DNA of 61,375 nt, filler included, from Bacteriovoracaceae bacterium (GTDB taxonomy: Bacteria; Bdellovibrionota; Bacteriovoracia; Bacteriovoracales; Bacteriovoracaceae), in the NCBI GenBank assembly GCA_018649885.1. It is 3 parts of 3 records of this genome, joined end to end, with 100 filler letters (N's around TTAATTAATTAA, not from the genome) between each part and the next. Parts side by side here need not be neighbours in the genome. Positions count along the whole stretch, not along the records: positions 29,881 to 40,965 come from JABIHA010000137.1; 2 more parts are not named here. One strand, given 5' to 3'. The translations under genes and the position numbers were made by a program. The notes under the pieces are model-generated. The model saw only the letters and a list, made by a program, of their open reading frames with translations. It had not been told where the DNA came from and did no database searches. Shown here piece by piece: positions 30,692 through 40,825 of the stretch; within the stretch, counting starts at the first letter, position 1; the number at the start of each line of letters is the position of its first letter.

Positions 30692-33409
30692 TTACGTATG
30701 GTCTTTTTTATTTTTGCGGTCAACTTCAGTTCCGTACAGATGTTCGTCTACTTTTTCAATTGTAGTGAGACCATTTAAAACCATTTGAAGCCCAAACTCA
30801 TAAAGGGATCTAAACTCACCTGTATTCTCAACTGCATCGACGAGGTCAATATAATTAGTAGAAGATAGTATGGCATTTTCAATGGTATTGCATTTCTCCC
30901 AATACTCATAGACTGGAATTCTTCCAATATATCCATCTTCAGAACATTTATCACAGCCCTTGTTTCTTGCAATACTCTTAACTTCTTCACCCGACTTCAT
31001 AATTCCTGCAAGTGTATCTTTTTCAACTTGATGTGGCTCACCCTCTTCCTTGCAAATAGGACATAGTGCAGGAATAAGTCTTTGGGCCATGACACCAATT
31101 AATCCTGAGGCAAGCACAGATGAGCTGACGCCAAGTTCTCTTAACCTTGGAACAATATCCATCGAGCTATTGGTGTGAAGTGTGGCGAATACAAGATGCC
31201 CTGTAAGGGCGGCTTCAAAAACAAGCTTCGCCGACTCGTCATCCCTCACTTCGCCAACCATGATAATATCGGGGTCTTGTCTTAATACATGCTTTAAGAT
31301 TTTTCCACAAGTTAAGCCGATTTTATTTTTCACCTCAATTTGAGTAATACCGGGAATAACAACTTCAACAGGATCTTCAATTGTAATGATATTTTTATTT
31401 ATGGAGTTACTTTCGTGAAGTAGAGAATAAAGAGTTGTAGTTTTCCCAGATCCTGTAGGCCCTGTGATTAAGAAAAGCCCTTGCTTATGCCTAAGTACAT
31501 TTTTTAGAAATTTAATGACCTTCTTATCGGGTGCCAAAATTTTAAGTGGAAAAAATGGAGTCCTACTTCCAATTAATCTCATCACACACTTTTCCCCCAG
31601 TTTTGAAGGAACCATTGAAACTCTTGTCTCGTAGTCTAAATCATCGAGAACAATTTTCAACTGACCGTCTTGAGGAAAGCGCTTCTCTGTTATATCCATT
31701 TCTCCCACAACTTTTATTCTACTAATGAGCTTTTTTCCACTTTCATAGTCAATTCTTCTTTGAAGCTCACTTAAGTTGCCATCAACTCTAATTCTGATGG
31801 CATAGCTATCTAAAAATGGATCAATATGTATGTCAGAGGCCCTCATTTCGTAGGCCTTAAAGACTAAGTCCTCCAAATATTTAACTGGATCTATATTTTG
31901 AATGTTATTTTGCTCAACAAGGCTAACAGGGCCCGATGATTTTTTTTGGTGCTTCATCACATATTGATGAACCCGTTCAAATTCATCTTCATCAATAATC
32001 ACAAGAGTAATTCTATATTGAGGGAGATAGCGATTGAGAACCTCGAAGACTTTCTCTTTTTTAGGGTTAACAAGACCTACGACCAAGTCGTCACCTGTGA
32101 TTTTAATTGGCATTATTTTGAGTGAAGTAATCACCGACAGTGGAAGCAATTCTTTGTCGATTATTTCTTTATTAAATACAATTCCATCATATAGTTTTAG
32201 TTGTATCTCTCGATTTAATTCTTGCAGTCTTTTAGCAAGTAATTCCGCTAGCGAAATAGAAAAAGCAGGGAATTGAAATAATTTAGCAAATACTTCTTTG
32301 CTGATAGTTAGTAAGGTAACAGGCGTCTGTGCAACTACTGTCAGCAGGTGATCTGTTTCGCTAATGAGTGATATTTCACCAACAATTTTTCCTTGCCCCA
32401 GAGTTGCAGCTAATGCCTTTCCCCCACTTTGAAAATCTTTAAGAATATTTACTTTTCCTGTTTTAATCAACATCAGCTCAGGACTCTTTCGACCAGGCCT
32501 AGTTATAACCTCCCCTGCTTTAATATTCTTTGTGCCAATATAGGGAAGAATCTGAGAAATTACATTGGGAGGAATTGAGGCGAAGGGATGCATCGCCTGC
32601 AAAAACTCTTCAGTAGTGTAAGGCGTGTCAGGAATTTCATCACGCTCTTCCTGGAGCTCATCTTGCTCCATATTGATAGAGTCCACCGAATTAAAATACT
32701 TTAAAACCCGAGGTAAATTACCGTTAAAATCACTTTCATTTATCACGTGAATAATGACTTCTATGCCATTTAAATATGAACCCATTGCTTCAAAAAAATC
32801 AGCTCTCTTGGGATTTCTCATTGCTACATGAAAAAGATTGCCGACTGTTTTAAGCGGAAGAACTTTATATTTTTCTATAAAAGTAATAGGCATTATATCT
32901 ACTACTTTTTGTGAAAGATCTAGGTCTTCCTCCTTAAAATAATCGATATAATTGTGCTCCAAACTAAAATCAATATGCATTTTTGCTAAAACATCCACCA
33001 TTTTCTTACCAACAAGAGGGAACTTTTCGATGGTCTGATAAAATACCTCTTGGTCAATAACATAGAGAGTAGTATTTTCTAGGGCAAAACAAGAGGTGGA
33101 GTGAACAGACTTAGTAAGCGCTGACAATTCAGAGAAATGATCTCCAAGGCCAAAGACTTTAATTCTCACAATATTGTGCAAGCTTTTTTTATAGCTTACG
33201 ATTTCAACTGATCCGCTTTCAACAAAGTAAATATAAGAACTTGCTTCATTTTCAATGAATACAGGATCACCTTCTTTATAGTTTTTAACCACTGGGTTTT
33301 CTGCGATAAAACTAATTGCCTCATCAGAGGCCTCAGAAAGAAAGAGACCTTTTTTCAAAAGTTGATGAACACTGGTCATATCCAATTCACTTTTCTTAGC
33401 AGTCGACAT
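30692..33409 (-). CDS. PilB/GspE-family secretion/pilus ATPase with two N-terminal cNMP-binding + GspE_N modules
   Basis: ASDIHID, RIRVDG, GPTGSGKTT, TIEDPVE, LRQDPDIIMVGEVRD, TGHLVFATLHTN and CPIC..CDKC motifs; two CAP-like domains in the N-terminal ~490 aa. Confidence 0.92.
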   Translation of the reverse strand: MSTAKKSELDMTSVHQLLKKGLFLSEASDEAISFIAENPVVKNYKEGDPVFIENEASSYIYFVESGSVEIVSYKKSLHNIVRIKVFGLGDHFSELSALTKSVHSTSCFALENTTLYVIDQEVFYQTIEKFPLVGKKMVDVLAKMHIDFSLEHNYIDYFKEEDLDLSQKVVDIMPITFIEKYKVLPLKTVGNLFHVAMRNPKRADFFEAMGSYLNGIEVIIHVINESDFNGNLPRVLKYFNSVDSINMEQDELQEERDEIPDTPYTTEEFLQAMHPFASIPPNVISQILPYIGTKNIKAGEVITRPGRKSPELMLIKTGKVNILKDFQSGGKALAATLGQGKIVGEISLISETDHLLTVVAQTPVTLLTISKEVFAKLFQFPAFSISLAELLAKRLQELNREIQLKLYDGIVFNKEIIDKELLPLSVITSLKIMPIKITGDDLVVGLVNPKKEKVFEVLNRYLPQYRITLVIIDEDEFERVHQYVMKHQKKSSGPVSLVEQNNIQNIDPVKYLEDLVFKAYEMRASDIHIDPFLDSYAIRIRVDGNLSELQRRIDYESGKKLISRIKVVGEMDITEKRFPQDGQLKIVLDDLDYETRVSMVPSKLGEKCVMRLIGSRTPFFPLKILAPDKKVIKFLKNVLRHKQGLFLITGPTGSGKTTTLYSLLHESNSINKNIITIEDPVEVVIPGITQIEVKNKIGLTCGKILKHVLRQDPDIIMVGEVRDDESAKLVFEAALTGHLVFATLHTNSSMDIVPRLRELGVSSSVLASGLIGVMAQRLIPALCPICKEEGEPHQVEKDTLAGIMKSGEEVKSIARNKGCDKCSEDGYIGRIPVYEYWEKCNTIENAILSSTNYIDLVDAVENTGEFRSLYEFGLQMVLNGLTTIEKVDEHLYGTEVDRKNKKDHT

Positions 33410-33480
33410 GAAAATTTCCTAAGTTTCGAGCACTTATACTACTCGGAGAAAAAGAAAAACGAAGTTAGAGCTATTTGGTA

Positions 33481-34839
33481 TTAACGTCCAATAACAGACA
33501 AGAGTGCTTGGAGAGGTTTTTGGTAATTTCCTACGTCAAAACGTTTTTGATACAACTGTGCAAAATCACTTGTTCCCTCACCACTTTCAAAGCGAGTAAT
33601 GAGAAAGTCGGCCACATCATGGGCCAAGATAAAAAGACAACTTAATACTGGAGTATTTGAAGCTGTTAATTTCCGTGGAAAACCATCACCTTCAGGAGTT
33701 TCATGATGGTCTAAAATCATAGTTCTAGCATCTTCTGGGAAATTAGAAATTTTAGTTAAAAGATCCCCAGATTTTTTCATATGCTCTTTCACATCTTTTT
33801 TCAAAGATGGACTTAGACTGGTATAAAGAGATCCTGAAAGTATTTTAACCCTCGCTGCCCCTTCATCTTTAATATAAATGTCGTGCAATAAAGCGGCATA
33901 AACCATTTTTTGCTGACCCTCTTCAGTCGCCCAGTTTAATTGTTGCATCATAGAGCAACCTAAAAAAGAAGTTAGAATGCTGTGTGAATATAAGTAGTCT
34001 TTTTTAAATACTAAAGACGAAATCATTTTCTGGACATTTTTTTTCTTAGATACACTACCTACGATATTGCCAACCGAGGCCTTAACAATATTTGTTAGAT
34101 GAGGATCGACGCCGATATTATTTAATATTTCCTGGCTCTCTTCAAGGGCCTTCACCTGTAAATTGGCCATGGCCTCAGGCGACGAGTCGACTACTTCAAA
34201 AGATTCAAATATTTTCTGGCTTTCATGTTTGATATAACTCAAATAATCTTCAGTGGTCAGAAAGAAATATTCGACGCCTTTATCTTGGAATTTTTTGAGG
34301 CCATCAATATCTAATAAATCCCCTTTTTTAAATCTTTTTACTAATTTGCCCTCTGACAATCGAACATATAGATCAACATCTTCTCTAGGGTTTTCTATAA
34401 ATTTCGATATTCGTATTTTAGAGTAATTTTGATCATTTTTATTTGAGTCATCGCCATGACCGAGCATGGTTTGAACCGCGTCCATTAGGCTCTTTCCATT
34501 AATATTTTTCTTTAGAATAAATGAATTTGATGGGTTGTCTAAGCGCATGGTTGAAAGGGCCTCAAGCTCTTCCGGTCTATAAGCGGAGATTAACAAAAAA
34601 GGAACAAGGAGCTTTCTCTTTTTCACCTCTGCATATAATTCATCACCACTGCCTGGCTCCATTTGATAACCTGAGCAAATTAACTCAAACTCACCACTGT
34701 ATTTATCAAGGGCCTTTATCGCCTCTTTGCCATTTTTGACTTCTATAATAGGATTTTCAAGCTGAGATTCTACACACAGATGAATAAGACTTCTAAGGTC
34801 AACACTTTCATGGGCAATGAGTATCGGTTTTAATGCCAT
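33481..34839 (-). CDS. Pseudo-receiver + HD-GYP-like phosphohydrolase
   Basis: REC fold lacking the phospho-Asp (LICSGYQM); YSHS, LLHDI, EH and HHETPEGDGFP motifs. Confidence 0.8.
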   Translation of the reverse strand: MALKPILIAHESVDLRSLIHLCVESQLENPIIEVKNGKEAIKALDKYSGEFELICSGYQMEPGSGDELYAEVKKRKLLVPFLLISAYRPEELEALSTMRLDNPSNSFILKKNINGKSLMDAVQTMLGHGDDSNKNDQNYSKIRISKFIENPREDVDLYVRLSEGKLVKRFKKGDLLDIDGLKKFQDKGVEYFFLTTEDYLSYIKHESQKIFESFEVVDSSPEAMANLQVKALEESQEILNNIGVDPHLTNIVKASVGNIVGSVSKKKNVQKMISSLVFKKDYLYSHSILTSFLGCSMMQQLNWATEEGQQKMVYAALLHDIYIKDEGAARVKILSGSLYTSLSPSLKKDVKEHMKKSGDLLTKISNFPEDARTMILDHHETPEGDGFPRKLTASNTPVLSCLFILAHDVADFLITRFESGEGTSDFAQLYQKRFDVGNYQKPLQALLSVIGR

Positions 34840-34849
34840 TTATTCCTCT

Positions 34850-36667
34850 TCAGTGCTTCTTCTCGATTAACTTGAGTTTTTCTTTGATAATTTTGCCCTT
34901 ACGTTTCCAAGTAAGCTCTATTTCATCGCCCGGTCTGTAGTATTTCAGGGCAAAGGCCAAATCATATAAACTTGCAATTTCAATTTCACCAAGACCTATA
35001 ATGATATCTCCTGGTAGAACCTTGGCCTTTTCTGCAGGGGAGCCCTTAGAAATCCTGACACATTTAACGCCTTTAATTTCATCTCCACCGCCAAACTTAG
35101 GTACACAACCCAAGTGCGATCCATAGCCTCTGGCACGTCCCGCGTCCCCGCTATCTTTCGAGTCTGGATCAAAAATAAGAGATTTAGAATCTTCAAAATA
35201 AGAAACAATTTTCTCACTTAAAAAAGCGACCTTTCTCAAGCTAGAGATATCGAGTTTATCAAAGTCATCACTTGCCCGGTGATAATCTTCATGGGCCCCT
35301 GTGGTAAAAAAGAGTGCTGGGTATCCATTTTGAATAAAAGAGGCATGATCACTTGATCCAACCGAAGAGTTTTGAAGTGAAAGAGGTAGTAAACTCCCCC
35401 CAACTTTCGATGATTTTATCACTGAAATAATTTTATCAATGTGAGTTTGCCATTCAAAAGCACTTCCAATACCCATGACAGAGAGCTTATCTTGAAATCG
35501 TCCCACCATATCAAAATTTAACATCCCCAAGATCCCACCATAAGCGTCTTTGTATCTTGGGTAACTACTTACAAAGTGAGCACTTCCAAGAAGTCCCATT
35601 TCTTCCGCATGGAAAAATGCAATAATGACAGATCTTTTGCTTTTTTTCAGGCTCAATCTTTTTGCTAGCTCTAGAACAACAGCAGTTCCCGAAGCATTGT
35701 CATCAGCTCCATTATGTATTTTCTTAATATGAGGATTGTCCATACTAGTGTGACCACCAAACCCCAAATGATCCATATGTGCTCCCAAAACTAACACATC
35801 TTTTAAGGAAGAATCAGAGCCTGGAATAAAACCCACAATATTGGCCACTCTTCCCGTTTGTTTTTTAAGGTGAATAGACAGGTTCACCAGTAGATCTTTA
35901 ATTACAAATGAATCAGGTTTTTGAGAGCTTGAGAGACCCTTTTGTAAACTAAGAGTGGTGATCCCTTTAGGAAGCAAGCTACCTACCCAGCTATTTTTTA
36001 CAAGGCCTGTTAAAATATTAAAGCTCTCTCCCCCTCCTTCACTTTCGTTGAAAAAAGGAGCAGCCTCTCTTTTCAGATCTTTAATACTCATGGGGTTTTG
36101 AACCATAAGAACTGCACTTGCTCCAAGTCTTGCTGCATTTTTTATTTTATAAAAAATTGATCTATATTTTATATACTTTGGATTTCTAAAAAGTGATTTT
36201 AAATTTCCAATACCAGGGTCACCTGTTAACAAGATGACCACTTTCCCTTTTACATCAAGGCCTTTGTAATCATCGTATTCAAAAGACTTGTCTTTCAAAG
36301 AGATACCAAAGCCTGCAAAAACTATCTGCTGAGATTTAAGCTCACCTGAATTTGAAAAGGCCAGTGGTTCAAAGGGCGCAACAGCTCCACTTGCAACGCG
36401 AAGTTCATTGGATCCAAATTTTTTCATTTTAGTAAAAATAGTGAATTCTTGACGGTGAGATGATCCAAAGGGGGCAATCTTTAACTCTTTTAACTTCTTC
36501 TCAAGATAATTTGAAGCCAGCTTTCCACCAGCTGACCCTGCTTTTCTCCCCTCCATTTTATCATGAGATAATTCTTTTAAAGTTGTGCTTAGAAAATCCT
36601 GGGCAAAAAGGGGAAAAGAAAAAACTAAAACCATCAAAATTTTAACAAGACTTTTAAAACTATGCAT
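34850..36667 (-). CDS. M28 aminopeptidase with PA and PDZ domains
   Basis: GAHMDHLG, GADDNASG, AEEMGLLGS, NFDMVG, SDH and YH motifs; C-terminal GSPAEKA..PGDII. Confidence 0.92.
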   Translation of the reverse strand: MHSFKSLVKILMVLVFSFPLFAQDFLSTTLKELSHDKMEGRKAGSAGGKLASNYLEKKLKELKIAPFGSSHRQEFTIFTKMKKFGSNELRVASGAVAPFEPLAFSNSGELKSQQIVFAGFGISLKDKSFEYDDYKGLDVKGKVVILLTGDPGIGNLKSLFRNPKYIKYRSIFYKIKNAARLGASAVLMVQNPMSIKDLKREAAPFFNESEGGGESFNILTGLVKNSWVGSLLPKGITTLSLQKGLSSSQKPDSFVIKDLLVNLSIHLKKQTGRVANIVGFIPGSDSSLKDVLVLGAHMDHLGFGGHTSMDNPHIKKIHNGADDNASGTAVVLELAKRLSLKKSKRSVIIAFFHAEEMGLLGSAHFVSSYPRYKDAYGGILGMLNFDMVGRFQDKLSVMGIGSAFEWQTHIDKIISVIKSSKVGGSLLPLSLQNSSVGSSDHASFIQNGYPALFFTTGAHEDYHRASDDFDKLDISSLRKVAFLSEKIVSYFEDSKSLIFDPDSKDSGDAGRARGYGSHLGCVPKFGGGDEIKGVKCVRISKGSPAEKAKVLPGDIIIGLGEIEIASLYDLAFALKYYRPGDEIELTWKRKGKIIKEKLKLIEKKH

Positions 36668-36690
36668 TCTATCCTCACAAAAGAGACAGG

Positions 36691-37170
36691 TTGAAAATTA
36701 TGATTAGAGAAGAGTTGCTCCACCCCATCATTGTTCACTTTCCCTTGGCCTTTTTGGCCACGGCTCCACTATTTAAAGTGGGTGAAGTTTACTGTCTGTT
36801 CAGCAAAAATACCATAGGTAACACTATATCTAACTTCTATAAGCTCTTTTTAGGGCTGGGGTTTCTTGGACTTGTGTTAAGTCTTTTCCTTGGAGACACA
36901 GCAGCGGAAATTACCAAGAATCAAATATGTGATCTTACTCTGCTATACCAGCATGAAGAGGCCGCTCACAATGCTCTCTACCTTTATATAAGTGCTGGAA
37001 TCTTTGAGTTACTGCAGGCCAAGTTCAGACCCAAATGGATGGCGAGCTGCAGTTTGGTGCTACTTTTTGTGGCCACATATTTTCTTTTGGACACAGCTCA
37101 CCTAGGAGGAGAGCTGGTTTATGAACATGGCGCTGCCGTCATGCTCGAAAAGGCCTCCAGTTGTCATTAA
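36691..37170 (+). CDS. DUF2231-like membrane protein
   Basis: LHPIIVHFPLA and HLGGELVYEHG motifs; about four TM helices. Confidence 0.8.
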   Translation: MKIMIREELLHPIIVHFPLAFLATAPLFKVGEVYCLFSKNTIGNTISNFYKLFLGLGFLGLVLSLFLGDTAAEITKNQICDLTLLYQHEEAAHNALYLYISAGIFELLQAKFRPKWMASCSLVLLFVATYFLLDTAHLGGELVYEHGAAVMLEKASSCH

Positions 37171-37192
37171 CACAGCAGGCCTTCTCCTAACT

Positions 37193-38014
37193 CTAGGAAG
37201 TTTTAGTCTCTACCTGGCCTTTCTCGTAATTAAATTGACTACCCATTGTACTATGGGGAATTGAATACATAATCATCAATACAACTGCCGCCGCTACCAT
37301 TGCAGCAGGCCTTCTCGTTTTGATATTCACTGCACTTGCAAGGACCCAAGCAACAACAGAAATAAGAAGTTTATTGTCAGTCAAATCCCAGTCATAGGGA
37401 AAACCTGCCCAGAAAACACCGAAGGCATATTTTTGCACTATAGGTCCGAGAATCATCCCGCCCACAAGTAAACACCCTGTGGTCATCAGGCCAATCATAA
37501 AAAAGCTTCTGGTTTTTTTCAAGGCCTCTAAGGCCGCAAGAACTGATAAGAGCATTGATAAAAACATAAAAAAGATATGGGGAGCCAAAACAAATGTAGG
37601 GACGTTCCCCTTGTAACGAATAACAATTGGCTTTGTTCTACTAGCAAACCCAAATTTTTCACCACTGGCCTGTCCCTCAATATAATAAATCAACTTACCT
37701 GCTGGCGGTTGATTGGGAAGAGTCGCATGCAGTCTGGCAGCTTGTTTTTCAAAGGGAATTTCAGACCATGAGTCATTAGTTGGAAATCTTTTATAAAACA
37801 ACTTGGCGCTCATATTTTCTTTTAAAAGTGGGATCTCTACAGGAGCACCAACACTTCCGCCCTGACTTCTAGGGAATTTAATTTTGACGCTTTTGCCGCC
37901 AAGTTCAAATTGATATTTTTTTGGGTATGTAGGTCCTGTGGATCTTTGATAAATGACTGCAATTAAAGTGATCATAATCGCCACGGGAAGAGTTATCTTA
38001 AAATTGTTTTTCAA
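37193..38014 (-). CDS. Conserved membrane hypothetical protein
   Basis: YQRSTGPTYP, QPPAGKL, GPIVQKYAFG..W.GFP and DLTDNK motifs; several TM helices. Confidence 0.75.
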   Translation of the reverse strand: MKNNFKITLPVAIMITLIAVIYQRSTGPTYPKKYQFELGGKSVKIKFPRSQGGSVGAPVEIPLLKENMSAKLFYKRFPTNDSWSEIPFEKQAARLHATLPNQPPAGKLIYYIEGQASGEKFGFASRTKPIVIRYKGNVPTFVLAPHIFFMFLSMLLSVLAALEALKKTRSFFMIGLMTTGCLLVGGMILGPIVQKYAFGVFWAGFPYDWDLTDNKLLISVVAWVLASAVNIKTRRPAAMVAAAVVLMIMYSIPHSTMGSQFNYEKGQVETKTS

Positions 38015-38087
38015 TTTCTCACCTATACCTTTTTATAGACTAGTGTTATAAGCGCCTAAAACTATCAAAAAATTAGGGAAAGTAATA

Positions 38088-38933
38088 ATGGAAAAACTGT
38101 CTTTCATCACCAAATATTTTGTACTGCTAAATTTAATACTTCTAAGCACTAGTGCTTTAGGTGCTGAGCAGAAATCAGAAGCCCAATTTACTGCTCCCAA
38201 AGACCTCGATTTAGAGTTTTTAATCTTGTCGCAACAGCTAAAAGATAGAAAAGAGCACAAACCCATAGGTCTTTACACAAAATTTGATACGTCACTACTA
38301 TATTCAGTAACTGAGAGTGATCAAGTGAGATTGTTTCAATCTAGTATCTATGAATATTATGGTGACAAAGATGACGGCGAAAATAAGTTATACCCAGAGC
38401 TTGCAGAGGCCATGTACCGTAGAAAGAAAATTCTAAACCAAAAAGACCAATTTATAGACCTCGATCTCGAACTCAAAACCTATTACGTTATGGATGATGA
38501 TCTAAGAGAAAGATGGGGTTATAATGGATCGTTTATTCCTCAACTTGTGGCCCAGAAAAATATTCTGCCTTGGCTTCATGTAAAATCAAAAATTCGCTAC
38601 CACCTCAATTATATAACGAGTGGAGAGCCCACTACTACTCGCAGTGAAATAAGGTACTACCTATCTCCTACTATAATTTTCAGTCGCCAATTTATGTTTA
38701 ACACAGAGCTCACTTATAAGCACAAAATTAAAAACCGTAAAACGGCTTACACAAATAAATTCTATGACTACCTTGAACTTCGCCCATCTATGCTTTATTT
38801 GGTATCGAGAAACTTAATGACAGAGATTTATGGCGAAACAATGCTAATGAGAAGCCATGACGGTGTCACTATCTCTGAAACGGCTGGAGAAGAGTTTGTT
38901 ATAGGAGCTGCCCTATACTTATCAGTCTTTTAG
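38088..38933 (+). CDS. Putative outer-membrane beta-barrel protein
   Basis: Signal peptide, amphipathic strands, C-terminal LYLSVF. Confidence 0.6.
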   Translation: MEKLSFITKYFVLLNLILLSTSALGAEQKSEAQFTAPKDLDLEFLILSQQLKDRKEHKPIGLYTKFDTSLLYSVTESDQVRLFQSSIYEYYGDKDDGENKLYPELAEAMYRRKKILNQKDQFIDLDLELKTYYVMDDDLRERWGYNGSFIPQLVAQKNILPWLHVKSKIRYHLNYITSGEPTTTRSEIRYYLSPTIIFSRQFMFNTELTYKHKIKNRKTAYTNKFYDYLELRPSMLYLVSRNLMTEIYGETMLMRSHDGVTISETAGEEFVIGAALYLSVF

Positions 38934-40364
38934 TTTAAAAAGAGTTTGTGGATTTAGACTCTCTCCATATCTTATTTTATAAGTGAGAATTTTTTTCCAA
39001 CTTTTTTTAATTTTACCTGTAATAGTTTTTCTTTCTTTTTCCACGTAGATTTTGACTCTAAATACCTCAGGTCTTAACCAGATTTTCAAAACAACCACTT
39101 TCATTTTGTGCTCTTTCATTTCTTCAATTTCAAATCCATCCAAGTTGACCACATCTGTATTAAAAACCATTGGTTTTATATCAAAAATGATCTCTATTTT
39201 CTTAGTAGGTTTTTTTATGATTTTTGAAACATAAGGAAAGCCTGCATGGAACTCGTGATTTGACTCTTCGGTGTTAAAGTCTTTACTCTCACCTAGAGTT
39301 ACTCCCCAACCAAGAGAGGAGTTTTTCATTTTATTGGTGAACATCCCTCCTTCTTCTTCGGCCCTTTTTATCATCCTTTCAGTTAATTTTAGAGAGTCAA
39401 ACTTGCCATCAACAATATCGTCAACATCAGAAGTCGTTCTTTTACAATCCCTATGAATGCTCACTCCCAGAGATTTAATGCAAGATGTATTAGTGGCAAA
39501 ACCTCCAAGACGGATATCATCATGTGTTGCCCTAAACACTCCGTAAACCTCACCTGAAGTTCCGATCAGAGGAGCTCCCAAGTAAGTTCCACTATCAAAA
39601 GACATATCGCACTGGTGAAAATAAATATTTGATGAAAACGGAGTATCGTATTGGGGAACTAAATTAGATCTGTCTCCAGCCACGCAATGAGAGCTCTTTA
39701 AACCTATTTCAATTTTATTATCACTTGATTCAATGGCCACCAACTTGGAGGCATATATAAATAGAGAGGAATCATATGCAACACCTGATTCGTTAACTTT
39801 GAGTCCCGGGTACTCAACCTCACCTTCCATTTCAATAATAGCGTAATCAAATAACACATTTACACTATCATCTCCTAATCTTTGATCTTTTTTATCCACA
39901 AGCTTGGTGGAGGTTCTATAAGTGTGTCCAAGAACACTTTTCCCATCCTCAGCAACATCAGGAAAAAATATATAGAACACATCAAGGCCGTCTTTATAAT
40001 CAGGAGGAATACATTTCGAATTGGTAAGAATCTTAGATTTCCCTATTAATGATCCAGAACATAACGCCCTAATATCTCCCTCAGCACTAGTTAAAACCAA
40101 CGAAACAGCTGCTGGATTCCAATCAACTAATAACTCATTTTCCTCTATGGAAAATAAAACCTCAAAGGGAAGATCTGGATTGTCGGCCCCATTTTGGTGC
40201 TCGCCCTTGGAGCTTTGAGGGGCAGGCTCAGCACCTTGAGATTTAACTTCAGCGGCACCTGTGGATCCATTTGGTCCTCCACCTTCATCATCACTTTCAT
40301 CTGAACAACTTGAAATAAATAGGCAAATTAAAATCATAAGAAAAAGTTTTGTTAGACTATTCAT
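38922..40364 (-). CDS. Lipoprotein with a degenerate trypsin-like (S1) domain
   Basis: ISSC lipobox; LCSGSLIG, ILTNSKCI, DYAIIE and GTYLGAPL..GEVYGV motifs. Confidence 0.7.
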   Translation of the reverse strand: MNSLTKLFLMILICLFISSCSDESDDEGGGPNGSTGAAEVKSQGAEPAPQSSKGEHQNGADNPDLPFEVLFSIEENELLVDWNPAAVSLVLTSAEGDIRALCSGSLIGKSKILTNSKCIPPDYKDGLDVFYIFFPDVAEDGKSVLGHTYRTSTKLVDKKDQRLGDDSVNVLFDYAIIEMEGEVEYPGLKVNESGVAYDSSLFIYASKLVAIESSDNKIEIGLKSSHCVAGDRSNLVPQYDTPFSSNIYFHQCDMSFDSGTYLGAPLIGTSGEVYGVFRATHDDIRLGGFATNTSCIKSLGVSIHRDCKRTTSDVDDIVDGKFDSLKLTERMIKRAEEEGGMFTNKMKNSSLGWGVTLGESKDFNTEESNHEFHAGFPYVSKIIKKPTKKIEIIFDIKPMVFNTDVVNLDGFEIEEMKEHKMKVVVLKIWLRPEVFRVKIYVEKERKTITGKIKKSWKKILTYKIRYGESLNPQTLFKLKD

Positions 40365-40642
40365 AAACCCTCACAAAGCTTCTCTCAAACTCATCTCGGG
40401 ATATATCTTATAACCAAAGCTAGTTTTAAAAAAGGAGGATTGTACAAATTATCCAATAAATTTTGTTTTCTAGGGCATTTGGTCTTAGGGAAGAACGATA
40501 GTGTCAAAATGCCATAATTTTAAGGGGACTTGGCCTATAAATTAGAAATAATATCGCCTAAATATCCAGTATTACATTGAGCTTTTCTGAGCTTATGAGA
40601 ATTTTTTTTACTAAGTTATAATTATCAACTACGTAAGATTTA

Positions 40643-40825
40643 GTGGAGCCTATTATGTTCATGAATAAAAAGAGCAGACAATCAGGGATGTCAATGATCG
40701 AAGTGATGATGATGACAGCTATGATGGCAGCTCTCGCCGTTGGCGGAATGAAAATGATGAACTCTCAGCTCAATAACACTAAAAAAATTCAAGAAAAATT
40801 TGAAAGACAAAGTACTGCCAACACC
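40643..40825 (+). pseudogene. Prepilin/pseudopilin N-terminal fragment interrupted by an IS4 element
   Basis: QSG|MSMIEVMM type IV prepilin motif with Glu+5 and a hydrophobic helix; the frame runs into the IS terminus at 40826. Confidence 0.75.
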
